From Bacteroidales bacterium (lineage in GTDB: Bacteria > Bacteroidota > Bacteroidia > Bacteroidales > FEN-979), in assembly GCA_014860625.1 (NCBI GenBank), contig JACZJJ010000119.1, forward strand, positions 363 to 64,362: a stretch of DNA of 64,000 nucleotides, in the 5' to 3' direction. Below are positions 55,252 to 64,000 of the stretch, piece after piece (positions within the stretch are counted from its first letter, which is position 1; every line of letters starts with the position of its first letter). The notes beneath the pieces were generated by a model. It saw nothing but the letters and a program-made list of their open reading frames with translations, did no database searches and was not told where the DNA came from. The position numbers were made by a program, and so were the translations under genes.

Positions 55252-55289
55252 CACTCCATTTTTGAAAACTATTCTTTAAGAAAATTACC

Positions 55290-55529
55290 ATGGCAAGGAT
55301 TTGTGAACTTACGGGCAAGACATACATGAAGGGGAATAAGGTCTCTCACTCCAACAAGAAGACCAAACGGGTATTCCATCCCAACCTGCAGACAAAGAAG
55401 TTCTACATCCCTGAAGAAGACGCTTTCATTACACTGAAAGTCTCCACCGAAGGCATCCGGAACATCAATAAAAAAGGGATTTCCGCTTGCCTGAAAGAGG
55501 CCCGCGAAAAAGGGCATCTGGCGAAATAA
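55290..55529 (+). CDS. rpmB: 50S ribosomal protein L28
   Basis: MARICELTGK...GNKVSHSNKKTKR.F.PNLQ... is the canonical L28 N-terminus. 79 aa. Confidence 0.92.
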   Translation: MARICELTGKTYMKGNKVSHSNKKTKRVFHPNLQTKKFYIPEEDAFITLKVSTEGIRNINKKGISACLKEAREKGHLAK

Positions 55530-55580
55530 GTGCTCTGTAACTGCGAGTCCGGTCAGGACATCCAGGCACAAACAGTATAC

Positions 55581-55614
55581 GCAAGGGCATCCGGATCGGA
55601 TGCCCTTGCTTTTT
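55581..55614 (+). terminator. rho-independent terminator after rpmB
   Basis: gcaagggcatccg-gat-cggatgcccttgc (13-bp perfect stem) followed by ttttt. Confidence 0.88.
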
Positions 55615-55701
55615 ACCGGATACCGCTTTGGATAACCGATTTAAACTGACAACATCGAAATAAAACAAGCGCAATTTCGTTGATAAACCAGCACATTCTT
55701 T

Positions 55702-55709
55702 TAATTTTG
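55702..55709 (+). promoter_or_regulatory. candidate -7 box TAATTTTG, 5 nt before the ATG at 55715
   Basis: Matches TAnnTTTG. The spacing implies a near-leaderless mRNA. Confidence 0.45.
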
Positions 55710-55714
55710 TCCGA

Positions 55715-56425
55715 ATGAATCACCGCCTTCATTTTCTGATCGTTACTATCGTATTTATGGCAGGTTGGATCAGGGGCGGAGCACAGGAGATTGGCGATAC
55801 TGCCGGTCAGGTCAGGCAGCAAGCTCAGCTTGATCCGTATCAATGGGCGAACGACTGGCAACTGGTACAGTTTACAGGCATCACCGTTACGGCCGACAGC
55901 CTCTCTTCCGTTCCCTTCACAAAAATTTTAATTAAGACAAGTCACGAGGGCACGACCACCGATGCCATGGGGTACTTCTCTTTTGTTGCCCATATCGGGG
56001 ATACCGTTCTCTTCAATGCCATAGGGTACAAACCCACTTCGTTTATCATCCCCGACACGATTTTGCATCAACGCTATTCATTGATCCAGCTGATGACTGC
56101 CGATACGCTCACCCTCACACCTGCCATCATCTTTCCCTGGCCCACCTACGAAGAGTTTAAGCAGGCATTTATCAACCTCGACATTCCGGATGATGATCTG
56201 GAGCGTGCCAGGAGAAACCTGTCACCTGCGAAAATCATGATGATGGCCGATCAGCTTCCGATGGATGCCCGGATGAACTACAACAACTATATTGAGAATC
56301 AAACCAGCAAGCTCTACTATTTCGGCCAGCAGCAGCCCTTCTCCATCTTCAACCCGTTTGCCTGGGCCCAGTTCATCAAGGCCTGGAAAGACGGGAAGTT
56401 CAAACGAAAAACCTACGAGGAGTAG
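55715..56425 (+). CDS. carboxypeptidase-regulatory-like domain protein
   Basis: FTGITVTADSLSSVPFTKILIKTSHEGTTTDAMGYFSFVAHIGDTVLFNAIGYKP. Directly upstream of a TonB-dependent receptor. Confidence 0.55.
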   Translation: MNHRLHFLIVTIVFMAGWIRGGAQEIGDTAGQVRQQAQLDPYQWANDWQLVQFTGITVTADSLSSVPFTKILIKTSHEGTTTDAMGYFSFVAHIGDTVLFNAIGYKPTSFIIPDTILHQRYSLIQLMTADTLTLTPAIIFPWPTYEEFKQAFINLDIPDDDLERARRNLSPAKIMMMADQLPMDARMNYNNYIENQTSKLYYFGQQQPFSIFNPFAWAQFIKAWKDGKFKRKTYEE

Positions 56426-56430
56426 ATTCG

Positions 56431-58866
56431 ATGATCTGCAGAAAAGTCACCATCACCGTTGTCCTCATGCTCTCCTTCATCTGGAGTGCTGTTGCCCAGG
56501 TGGCCACGGTTAACGGCTATGCGGCCAATGAAGAGGGCGACCCGATAGAGTATGTTAACCTGGCTGTGAAAGGAACTACTACCGGCACCACGACGAATAA
56601 AAAGGGATTTTTCTCGCTGGAAGTTCCTGCCGGCAAAGAGGTGGTGATCCTCTTCTCGTTTATCGGATATGAACGCGATTCCCTCGTTGTGAACCTCTCT
56701 GACGGCGAAAAACATACGACCGACATCACCCTGAAAGAGACATCCACGGAACTGAGCACCATTGAAGTGAAAGACGAACAACTGAGAACAAGCACCTTTA
56801 ACCGGATTGATCCAAAAACCATCTCGTTTATCCCTTCCATCAATGCCAGCGTTGAGGATATCATCAAAACCCTCCCCGGGGTCTCCTCACGCGATGAATT
56901 AAGCTCACAATACTCGGTAAGAGGCGGGAACTACGACGAAAACCTGGTCTTTGTCAACGACATTGAAGTGTACCGACCCTTCCTCATCCGGTCGGGCCAG
57001 CAGGAAGGGATGAGTTTCCTCAACCCCGCCCTGGTCTCCGGGATCCTGTTTTCTGCCGGAGGGTTTGATGCGAAATACGGAGACAAGCTTTCTTCGGTGC
57101 TGGATATTCGTTACAAAAAGCCACAAACGTTTGCCGGCACCTTCGATGTAAGCCTGATGGGTGCCAATGCCCACCTGGAGGGAACGTTCGCAAAAAAACG
57201 GTTCTCCTACCTCCTGGGCGCGAGGTACAAAACCAACACCTATTTCCTGAAAGGGCTGGATACCAAGGGGAATTACAAACCCCGCTATTTCGACATCCAG
57301 GGGATGCTCTATTACGATGTGTCGGAGAAGGTGGAGATCTCACTGCTGGGGTACTATTCCAACAACAGCTTCAAGCTGATCCCCGAAACCAGGGAGACCA
57401 GTTTCGGAACCCTCGATGAAGCCTATAAGATCAAGATCTATTTTGACGGGCACGAAGTGGACCGATACCGCAACTGGCTGACCGGCCTCACCCTTACCTA
57501 CAGGCCTGCAGACAAGATGAGGCTGCGGTTTATTTCCAGCGTCTACCAGACCAACGAGAGTGAAACCTACGACATCTCCGGCGAATACTGGATCGGTAAG
57601 CTGGAGACTTTCCAGGGATCTTCTGAATATGGTGAAGTGACAGAAGTTCTGGGAGTAGGAGCCTACCTTGACCATGCCAGAAACTACCTCAACGGAACGG
57701 TGTTTAACCTGGAACACAGAGGGTCCCTGGAAAAGAATATCAACCAGATCGATTGGGGAATCCGATATCAATACTCCTATTTCGAGAACCGGATGAGCGA
57801 ATGGGAGTTGCAGGACTCTGCCGGCTATACCCTCCCCCGCCCGATCGACTCCATCGGCTTCCCGACCCCGGATCACGATCCGTTTGTTCTGAAGAATGTG
57901 ATCCGAACTACCCAAAACCTCAGCACCAGCCTGATCTCGGCCTTTGCTCAGGACACATGGACCTTCAAGCTGAACCAGACCGATATTGCCCTGACAGCAG
58001 GAGTTCGTGCGATCTACTACAGTTACAACAACCAGGTGAATGTCAACCCGCGGATCAACCTTGCCTTCAAACCACACTGGAAGACAGAAACAACGTTCAG
58101 AATTTCATCGGGATATTACTCTCAACCTCCCACATTCAGGGAGATGACCGACCTGCAGGGAAATATTATCAACAACCTGAAAGCGCAGACCTCCATTCAG
58201 GTATTGGCCGGCAGTGATCTCTATTTCAGGGCATGGGGCCGGCCGTTCAAGTTTGTGGCCGAAGCCTATTACAAATATGTCAAGAACCTCATCCCCTACG
58301 AGATCGACAACCTCAACATCCGTTACTACGGCACCAACGATGCACATGGGTATGCCACAGGGATCGATTTCAGGATCAACGGGGAGTTTGTGAAAGGAGC
58401 CGAATCATGGGCCAGTCTTTCATTTATGAAGACCGAAGAGTTTTTTGAGGGTGCCTGGATCCCGCGGCCTACCGACCAGCGTGTGAACCTGAGCATCTTT
58501 TTCCAGGACTACATCCCGAAATTCCCCACCTGGAAAGTGGCGATCACCCTGTTCTACGGAACCGGGTTGCCGGTTGGCCCGCCAGACTCACCGAGGTCAT
58601 CACACACCCTTCGCATCCCTGCTTATAAGCGTGTAGATATCGGCATCTCGAAACAACTTATTGGCGAAAGAACCCGCTACAAAAATCCGAAGAATGTACT
58701 GAGGGCGTTTAAATCGATGTGGGTATCGCTGGAGATCTTCAACCTCCTGCAGCTCAGCAACACGATCTCTTACCTCTGGATCACGGACATCACCAACCGC
58801 CAGTATGCCATCCCGAATTACATGACTCCGAGGACGTTTAATTTGAAACTTCTCGCATCTTTCTGA
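56431..58866 (+). CDS. TonB-dependent outer-membrane receptor (CarboxypepD_reg + plug + barrel)
   Basis: N-terminal VNGYAANEEGDPIEYVNLAVKGTTTGTTTNKKGFFSL, plug region, and 811 aa ending in the aromatic ...LKLLASF. Confidence 0.8.
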   Translation: MICRKVTITVVLMLSFIWSAVAQVATVNGYAANEEGDPIEYVNLAVKGTTTGTTTNKKGFFSLEVPAGKEVVILFSFIGYERDSLVVNLSDGEKHTTDITLKETSTELSTIEVKDEQLRTSTFNRIDPKTISFIPSINASVEDIIKTLPGVSSRDELSSQYSVRGGNYDENLVFVNDIEVYRPFLIRSGQQEGMSFLNPALVSGILFSAGGFDAKYGDKLSSVLDIRYKKPQTFAGTFDVSLMGANAHLEGTFAKKRFSYLLGARYKTNTYFLKGLDTKGNYKPRYFDIQGMLYYDVSEKVEISLLGYYSNNSFKLIPETRETSFGTLDEAYKIKIYFDGHEVDRYRNWLTGLTLTYRPADKMRLRFISSVYQTNESETYDISGEYWIGKLETFQGSSEYGEVTEVLGVGAYLDHARNYLNGTVFNLEHRGSLEKNINQIDWGIRYQYSYFENRMSEWELQDSAGYTLPRPIDSIGFPTPDHDPFVLKNVIRTTQNLSTSLISAFAQDTWTFKLNQTDIALTAGVRAIYYSYNNQVNVNPRINLAFKPHWKTETTFRISSGYYSQPPTFREMTDLQGNIINNLKAQTSIQVLAGSDLYFRAWGRPFKFVAEAYYKYVKNLIPYEIDNLNIRYYGTNDAHGYATGIDFRINGEFVKGAESWASLSFMKTEEFFEGAWIPRPTDQRVNLSIFFQDYIPKFPTWKVAITLFYGTGLPVGPPDSPRSSHTLRIPAYKRVDIGISKQLIGERTRYKNPKNVLRAFKSMWVSLEIFNLLQLSNTISYLWITDITNRQYAIPNYMTPRTFNLKLLASF

Positions 58867-58954
58867 CCCCTACCCCCAAACCCCCTGAAGGGGGCTTGCT
58901 CCCGCTTAGCGGGATATCCCGAAGGAAGTAAGTCCCCTTTAGGGGATTTAGGGG
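58867..58954. repeat. cluster of three small GC hairpins including a REP-like core shared with 9365..9424
   Basis: ccccc-tgaa-ggggg (58881-58894), tcccgc-tta-gcggga (58900-58914) and tcccctttagggga (58933-58946). gtaagtcccctttagggga (58928-58946) is the exact reverse complement of 9374-9392. The cluster ends at the TAA of the C69 gene. Confidence 0.8.
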
Positions 58955-60691
58955 TTAATGCGTTGCCTTATACCTGTCTCCTGTATTCTGCATCATCAGC
59001 CGCTCCCACTCTTTGCCGTAGCCGGGTTGTGACGGGCCGGGAGGGATTCCTTTGCCGTTACCGTTGTCAAGCAATTTGCGGCCATCCGCTTTTTTAACGT
59101 TGCCGTCCATGTACTTCATAAAAAGGTAGTGAAAGAAGTCCATCCAATCAGCGACCAGCTGGTCGCCGGTTGTTACGGAAAACCGGGTGATATAGGCACG
59201 TGCATCGGCGGGTGATTTTTTGTACAACGCAACGGCCTTTGCATCCACCTCGGTTACTTCAGCTATGAATTTCGACTCCAGTTCCTGCTGGTAAGCCTCC
59301 ACTTCGGGGTGGATCAGATCGTAGCGGGTATATCCCCAGTTGGTGACCAGGTTGAAGGTCCAGAAAGCGGATTTGTCGTCCCACTTAATCATCGAGCCGT
59401 TGCCCCAGGTATAGCTGTAGGGGATCTCTGTCATGCCGCAATACATGGGAGCATACACGCATCCGTCAGTGTCGTCGACGCCAAACCAGAAGATACCGCC
59501 GACAGGATCGGGCAGCCAGCTTCGCGATTGCGCTACAAAGCTGTAACCGGTTTGCTGGGTGGCGATCGAACGCTCGTTGCAGTATCCATTGCTGTCGATG
59601 GTATAGGTCATCGGGCGCCAGCGGTACGGGAGGTGAAACGGTCCGGCACCGATGCCATCATCGAACTGAAGCGGCGTTCCTTCGAAGTGGTCACGCATGC
59701 CAAACATGACATCTTCCAGGGATACTTTTTCATCCGGCTTCACCCACAGTGGCATCCTGTTGGAAGCAAATCCATTGGGATTCGGGTTTCCGTCGGGGAA
59801 ATGATCGAGGTGTTCCACTTGTCCACAAGCATATTCGGTAATTCCTGCATCATTCCTGATGCCTGCATTGAACCTGCGAAAGAAGGTCCATACCCGGGCG
59901 TCGCAGAAACGGGCGCCGCCAAAATCGACCGGGTTGTACACATCCGAAAAGCTGAAAGCGGCATCGCTGCCTGAATAAAAACCGTGCTCTTTGGCAAAGC
60001 TGATCACGTCGGGAGAATGAAAGCAGGTCTGGGTTTTGTCGTTCCACCTGTTCTCCTTCATGAAAGGAAAAGTTGTGATCCGGGCCTGGTTGGCATGCCC
60101 GCAGATATAGCCGTCGGGAATCTGAAGGGCTACCCAAACAGCTCCCTTCTCAAATTCGCCTTTCCCGATGATTTCGAGGATCCAGGCTTCATTGGCGTCG
60201 GAAACGGAAATGGACTCCCCGGATGTCGAATAGCCGTATTCGGCTACCAGTTCGGCTATCACGCGAATCGCTTCCCGGGCGGTTTTGCTCCGCTGCAGGG
60301 CGATTTTCATCAGTGAGCCGTAGTCGAGAAAGGCGTCCGGCTGGGAACTAAGCTCTTTCAATCCTCCCCAGGTGGTCTCCCCAAGAGCAACCTGGTACTC
60401 ATTCATCAACCCAATTACGGAGTAGGTATGGGACACTTCCGGGATCTGACCGGTGACCTTGCCGTTCTCGTAATGCACAATGTCGAGCATCGCCCCTTTC
60501 GGGTGATCGGCAGCAGGGTAAAAAGCCAGAGCGCCATAGCGTACGTGCGAGTCGGCAGCATAGGTGATCATCACCGAGCCGTCCTTGCTGGCCCCTTTGG
60601 TGACGATGAGGTTGGTGCAGGGGTAGGAGGATTTTGAGGCCATAAGCCCGAAAATCATAAACAGAATTGCAAAAAATTTATTTTTCATCAT
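58955..60691 (-). CDS. C69-family dipeptidase
   Basis: The signal peptide is followed by the nucleophile Cys in YPCTNLIVTKGASKDGSVMITY. 578 aa. Confidence 0.8.
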   Translation of the reverse strand: MMKNKFFAILFMIFGLMASKSSYPCTNLIVTKGASKDGSVMITYAADSHVRYGALAFYPAADHPKGAMLDIVHYENGKVTGQIPEVSHTYSVIGLMNEYQVALGETTWGGLKELSSQPDAFLDYGSLMKIALQRSKTAREAIRVIAELVAEYGYSTSGESISVSDANEAWILEIIGKGEFEKGAVWVALQIPDGYICGHANQARITTFPFMKENRWNDKTQTCFHSPDVISFAKEHGFYSGSDAAFSFSDVYNPVDFGGARFCDARVWTFFRRFNAGIRNDAGITEYACGQVEHLDHFPDGNPNPNGFASNRMPLWVKPDEKVSLEDVMFGMRDHFEGTPLQFDDGIGAGPFHLPYRWRPMTYTIDSNGYCNERSIATQQTGYSFVAQSRSWLPDPVGGIFWFGVDDTDGCVYAPMYCGMTEIPYSYTWGNGSMIKWDDKSAFWTFNLVTNWGYTRYDLIHPEVEAYQQELESKFIAEVTEVDAKAVALYKKSPADARAYITRFSVTTGDQLVADWMDFFHYLFMKYMDGNVKKADGRKLLDNGNGKGIPPGPSQPGYGKEWERLMMQNTGDRYKATH

Positions 60692-60704
60692 TAATAATTT
60701 TATC

Positions 60705-60850
60705 GTACAGACGGGGCATGCCCCGTCTGTACGTTCGTGTTTTGTATTTCGTATTTTGTGTTTCGTTGGGCATGCCCCGTCTGTACGTTCGTGTTTTGTA
60801 TTTCGTATTTTGTGTTTCGTTGGGCATGCCCCGTCTGTACGTTCGTGTTT
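60705..60850. repeat. 54-bp tandem repeat x~2.5, preceded by a 28-nt perfect palindrome
   Basis: Units start at 60714, 60768 and 60822 (gggcatgccccgtctgtacgttcgtgttttgtatttcgtattttgtgtttcgtt). The palindrome gtacagacggggcatgccccgtctgtac lies at 60705-60732. The array fills the whole spacer. Confidence 0.95.
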
Positions 60851-61955
60851 AGTGATTTAGGGGTCTCATCCATTCCGGAATGGATTTGACCGGGGGCCGT
60901 TTCCCATAAAAAAGATTGTCGAGATGAAAAGCAGCCCGGGCAAAGAGTTTTGACCGGGAGATTCCGATCCGTACCATCCTGTGAAAAAAGGTATCGGGAT
61001 GGGAGAAAGGGCAGACAGCCATACAGCGGGCACAGTCGGTACCTGCTTTGCACCAGAAGGTAAAGCATCTTTCGCCGTTGATCTTCCATCCTGCAGTGGC
61101 AGGATCCCTGCTATAAGGCGTTTCAGGAATCGCATGGGCCGGACAGTTCTCTGCACATTTCCGGCAAATCTCACAGAAAAAGAGCGGATTGTCATTGGTT
61201 TGCACGGGGTCAACGGGAAATGGAAATGTGGTGGTCACCACGCTGATCCTGCAGCGGGGTCCAACCTTTCGCGACAGCAGCACCCCCATGCGGCCAATCT
61301 CTCCCAAACCGGCATCACGGGCAACGGGAGGGCAAATCACTTCGTAGTTGGAATCAATATGTGCTTTGGCTTCCCAACCAAAAGAGCGTAACAAGGATGC
61401 TACCTGCACGGCAATCACTCCCGCGTTCAGGTATTGCCTGTACGACTCCATGATTACCGGAGCCTGGGGGGCGGCGAGTGTAAACTCGCGATCCATCTCC
61501 ACTACAAAGGCAATGGCATAAGTGTGGGTGGTCTCCACGGGGTCGCCATAGTAATGATGCCGCCCCCTAACGGTGTACAGATGTTCGGGCTTCAGCAGGC
61601 AAAAACCTGTATCTATGGCATGCATCTTTGCAGCCCAGCGGCGGATATACTCCTGCAAGAAGTTGGGATCTGTCTCTTTTCGGTTGGGTGCCACATCACC
61701 GTCTATTTCAAACCTGAGTGCATCGATCGCCGGCTGCATCGCTGCAGCAGAGGCAAAGGCCAGCGGGTTGAAATAGGCTGACTGCTCAGAAAGGAGTCCC
61801 GGAAGTTTTTTCCACAGGTTATCTCTCTCCTTCCTGTCGGGGTGTGCCTGATAATAGGCTTCTTCCCTCCCTGGAGACATGAAATACCTTGAAAAGATGG
61901 TATCGCGCTCATCAACGCGGCTGGTTCGGTTTCGTGGAAATCGATGGGGATCCAA
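60849..61955 (-). CDS. reductive-dehalogenase-like / QueG-like 2x[4Fe-4S] protein, no Tat signal seen
   Basis: CEICRKCAENCPAHAI and CARCMAVCPFSHP near the C-terminus. There is no RR Tat signal and no membrane-anchor gene adjacent. Confidence 0.5.
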   Translation of the reverse strand: MDPHRFPRNRTSRVDERDTIFSRYFMSPGREEAYYQAHPDRKERDNLWKKLPGLLSEQSAYFNPLAFASAAAMQPAIDALRFEIDGDVAPNRKETDPNFLQEYIRRWAAKMHAIDTGFCLLKPEHLYTVRGRHHYYGDPVETTHTYAIAFVVEMDREFTLAAPQAPVIMESYRQYLNAGVIAVQVASLLRSFGWEAKAHIDSNYEVICPPVARDAGLGEIGRMGVLLSRKVGPRCRISVVTTTFPFPVDPVQTNDNPLFFCEICRKCAENCPAHAIPETPYSRDPATAGWKINGERCFTFWCKAGTDCARCMAVCPFSHPDTFFHRMVRIGISRSKLFARAAFHLDNLFYGKRPPVKSIPEWMRPLNH

Positions 61956-61961
61956 CCTCGT

Positions 61962-63185
61962 CTATTCTAGTTCTTTCAGCGATTTACGGATAATCTCTAC
62001 CGCTTCAAGGATTTGTGCTTCGTTGATCACCAATGGAGGTGCAAACCGGATGATATGATTATGAGTCGGCTTCGCCAGAAGGCCATTCTCTTTCATCTGC
62101 AGACAAACATCCCAGGCTGTTTTGCCATTGTGAGGCTTGATTATGATGGCGTTCAGCAATCCTTTGCCTCGAACGAGTTCGATGAACGGTGAGTCGATTT
62201 TCCTGCACTCTTCCCGGAATATCTTGCCCATGGCTTCGGCATTTTCTGCCAGCTTCTCATCCTTCACCACCTGCAGGGCGGTTACTGCTACTTTGCAGGC
62301 AATGGGATTTCCACCAAAAGTTGATCCATGCTCACCCGGGTGGATCGTTAGCATGATCTCATCATCGGCCAGTACTGCTGAAACCGGATAGACTCCTCCC
62401 GACATAGCTTTGCCCAGGATCAGGACATCGGGCTTGAACCCTTCCCAGTCGCAGGCAAGCAATTTGCCGGTACGTGCAATCCCTGTCTGAACTTCATCAG
62501 CAATGAAGAGAACGTTCTTCGACTTACAAAGGCCATATGCTTTTTTCAGGTATCCTTCATCGGGGACATACACACCAGCTTCTCCCTGAATGGGTTCTAC
62601 GAGAAAGCCTGCCACATTGGGATCCTCAAGAGCCTTTTCCAGGGCGCCAAGGTCATTGTAAGGGATCGTGATAAATCCGGGTGTAAACGGGCCAAAATCC
62701 TTCCGTGCATCGGGATCTGTCGACATCGACACAACAGTGATCGTCCGACCATGGAAGTTGTTCTCGCAACAGATGATCTTCGCCTGGTTTTCCGGAACAC
62801 CTTTCACCTTGTAAGCCCATTTGCGGGTAAGCTTGAGGGCGGTTTCATCACCTTCGGCGCCGGTATTCATTGGAAGAACACGGTCGTAGCCAAAATATTC
62901 GGTTACAAACTTCTCATACGAACCCAATACATCGTTGTAGAAAGCGCGTGAGGTGAGCTCCAGGGTTTGAGCCTGTTCAATCAGGGCGTTGACGATGCGT
63001 GGATGGCAATGGCCCTGGTTAACAGCAGAGTAAGCAGAAAGAAAATCGAAATACTGTTTCCCTTCCACATCCCACATATAGATGCCTTTGCCTTTGGCCA
63101 GTACGACAGGAAGCGGGTGATAGTTGTGAGCTCCGTACTTGTCTTCGAGCTCCATAGCCATCTTTGAACTTGTTATTTTAGTCAT
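61962..63185 (-). CDS. rocD: ornithine--oxo-acid aminotransferase
   Basis: [70 protein letters not shown]. Confidence 0.85.
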   Translation of the reverse strand: MTKITSSKMAMELEDKYGAHNYHPLPVVLAKGKGIYMWDVEGKQYFDFLSAYSAVNQGHCHPRIVNALIEQAQTLELTSRAFYNDVLGSYEKFVTEYFGYDRVLPMNTGAEGDETALKLTRKWAYKVKGVPENQAKIICCENNFHGRTITVVSMSTDPDARKDFGPFTPGFITIPYNDLGALEKALEDPNVAGFLVEPIQGEAGVYVPDEGYLKKAYGLCKSKNVLFIADEVQTGIARTGKLLACDWEGFKPDVLILGKAMSGGVYPVSAVLADDEIMLTIHPGEHGSTFGGNPIACKVAVTALQVVKDEKLAENAEAMGKIFREECRKIDSPFIELVRGKGLLNAIIIKPHNGKTAWDVCLQMKENGLLAKPTHNHIIRFAPPLVINEAQILEAVEIIRKSLKELE

Positions 63186-63207
63186 GATAGTGCATCGTTA
63201 AGTAAGT

Positions 63208-64000
63208 TTATTTTGTGATAATAAATGAACCGGTATTCAGGCTTTTTGAACCATCTGTAATTCTATAATAATACATGCCGCTCTTCAGAGAGCTCACATT
63301 CAGCGTTTCAGATGCAGTGGTCAGATTGAACTGTGTGATCTTCTTTCCCTGGCTGTTATACACTTCAAACAATCCATTTTTGATCTGTTCGCTCATCGTG
63401 ACCGTCATTTTTTCTGAAGCCGGGTTGGGAGCCAGAGAAACATTCACATCGGGCATCAGCAGCATGTCAATTCCTGAGATGTTTGTCAGTGTCACATCAT
63501 CGAAAAAAGCCTGACTTCCAACCTGTCCGACAGAACCCATCATGTTATTGGCGTTGTATCCTGCACAGGAGAGGAGCAACAGGGTGATGGAGTCGGGCAT
63601 CGCAGTGTTATCCCAATAATCAATGGCTTCGTCAAATTTGGTCCAGGTATCGACTGTCCCGTGAAATACCAGTCTTTTGTAAGCAATGGTGTCGCGTTTC
63701 ATGGTTGAACTGTTCCATTTGGAGAGCAGGACGATTGCACCGGTTGAATCCCCGTTCAGTGGAAATGCCATGTATTGACCCTGAAACCTCTCAGGCTTGG
63801 TGGACCACGTGTATTTAGTTCCCAATATCGCATTGGCGGTAGCCCAGTTGATCTTAAGTGTACCTATCACTCCGGGAATCAGGACAAAAAGGAGGTCGAT
63901 TTTGCGTGTCACCAGCCGGGCCGATTTGCTTCCCGAATAAGCAGTATCTGAGGGATAGGCAGTTACGCCGGGAGGTGTTGGGATAGTATCCAGCTGATTG
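63208..64000 (-). CDS. secreted protein, 5' partial, with T9SS C-terminal sorting domain
   Basis: The frame stays open to the window end upstream of the listed GTG. The C-terminus is LAPNPASEKMTVTM...FEVYNSQGKKI...GMYYYRITDGSKSLNTGSFIITK. Confidence 0.55.
   Translation of the reverse strand, partial: NQLDTIPTPPGVTAYPSDTAYSGSKSARLVTRKIDLLFVLIPGVIGTLKINWATANAILGTKYTWSTKPERFQGQYMAFPLNGDSTGAIVLLSKWNSSTMKRDTIAYKRLVFHGTVDTWTKFDEAIDYWDNTAMPDSITLLLLSCAGYNANNMMGSVGQVGSQAFFDDVTLTNISGIDMLLMPDVNVSLAPNPASEKMTVTMSEQIKNGLFEVYNSQGKKITQFNLTTASETLNVSSLKSGMYYYRITDGSKSLNTGSFIITK

Noticed and set aside
54972-55259. 95-aa minus-strand ORF in the gap between the M16 peptidase gene and rpmB
   Set aside because: It lies entirely in repeat-derived intergenic sequence and overlaps the rpmB promoter. 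It has no recognisable protein features, so it is most likely a chance ORF.
60705-60850. Possible CRISPR array
   Set aside because: The units are directly contiguous (54-nt period) with no unique spacers. There are only ~2.5 copies and no cas genes in the window.
60667-60852. 61-aa ORF with the repeated peptide GMPRLYVRVLYFVFCVSL
   Set aside because: It is the translation of the 54-bp tandem repeat. It has no independent start context and lies antisense to the flanking operon direction.

Overview
This 64-kb chromosomal segment reads as Bacteroidota: four proteins end in T9SS/Por C-terminal sorting domains, gldF-gldG-DUF4340 is present, and several genes have TAnnTTTG -7 promoter boxes. I count about 55 protein genes and saw no rRNA, tRNA, CRISPR array, integrase or recognisable defence genes. 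Ordinary content includes gdhA, purC, a phoH-like gene, rpmB, cinA, guaD, rocD, M16 and C69 peptidases, a TonB-dependent receptor and a small glycan-synthesis cluster. All family calls come from motif recognition by eye, because no searches could be run.

Two things stand out.

1. Positions 2010-15837 on the minus strand hold a co-directional six-gene cluster. NuoE-like and NuoF-like subunits and a 1237-aa fusion ([2Fe-2S], GltD-like NAD(P)H flavoprotein, NuoG-type FeS, truncated molybdopterin-like domain), plus a rubrerythrin-type diiron protein, are bracketed by two paralogous giant proteins. These carry receiver domains and a PPDK_N (ATP-grasp) domain, and one also has a tandem GAF-like duplication. 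Both lack a recognisable phosphohistidine swivel. NADP-type gdhA lies divergently upstream, behind a perfect TGTGA-N6-TCACA palindrome.

2. The window is saturated with short tandem repeats of 7-8 bp: at least 22 arrays at about 17 loci, in about 7 sequence families and both orientations. They fill intergenic spacers, abut or supply stop codons, and encode C-terminal tails. Two are embedded in frame in coding sequence: a 105-nt (15 x 7) insertion in cinA, and 6.4 heptamers inside the T9SS CTD of a Kelch protein.

Also present are a REP-like GC hairpin element in two inverted copies, a solitary RAYT-type transposase, and a 54-bp tandem repeat seeded by a 28-nt palindrome.
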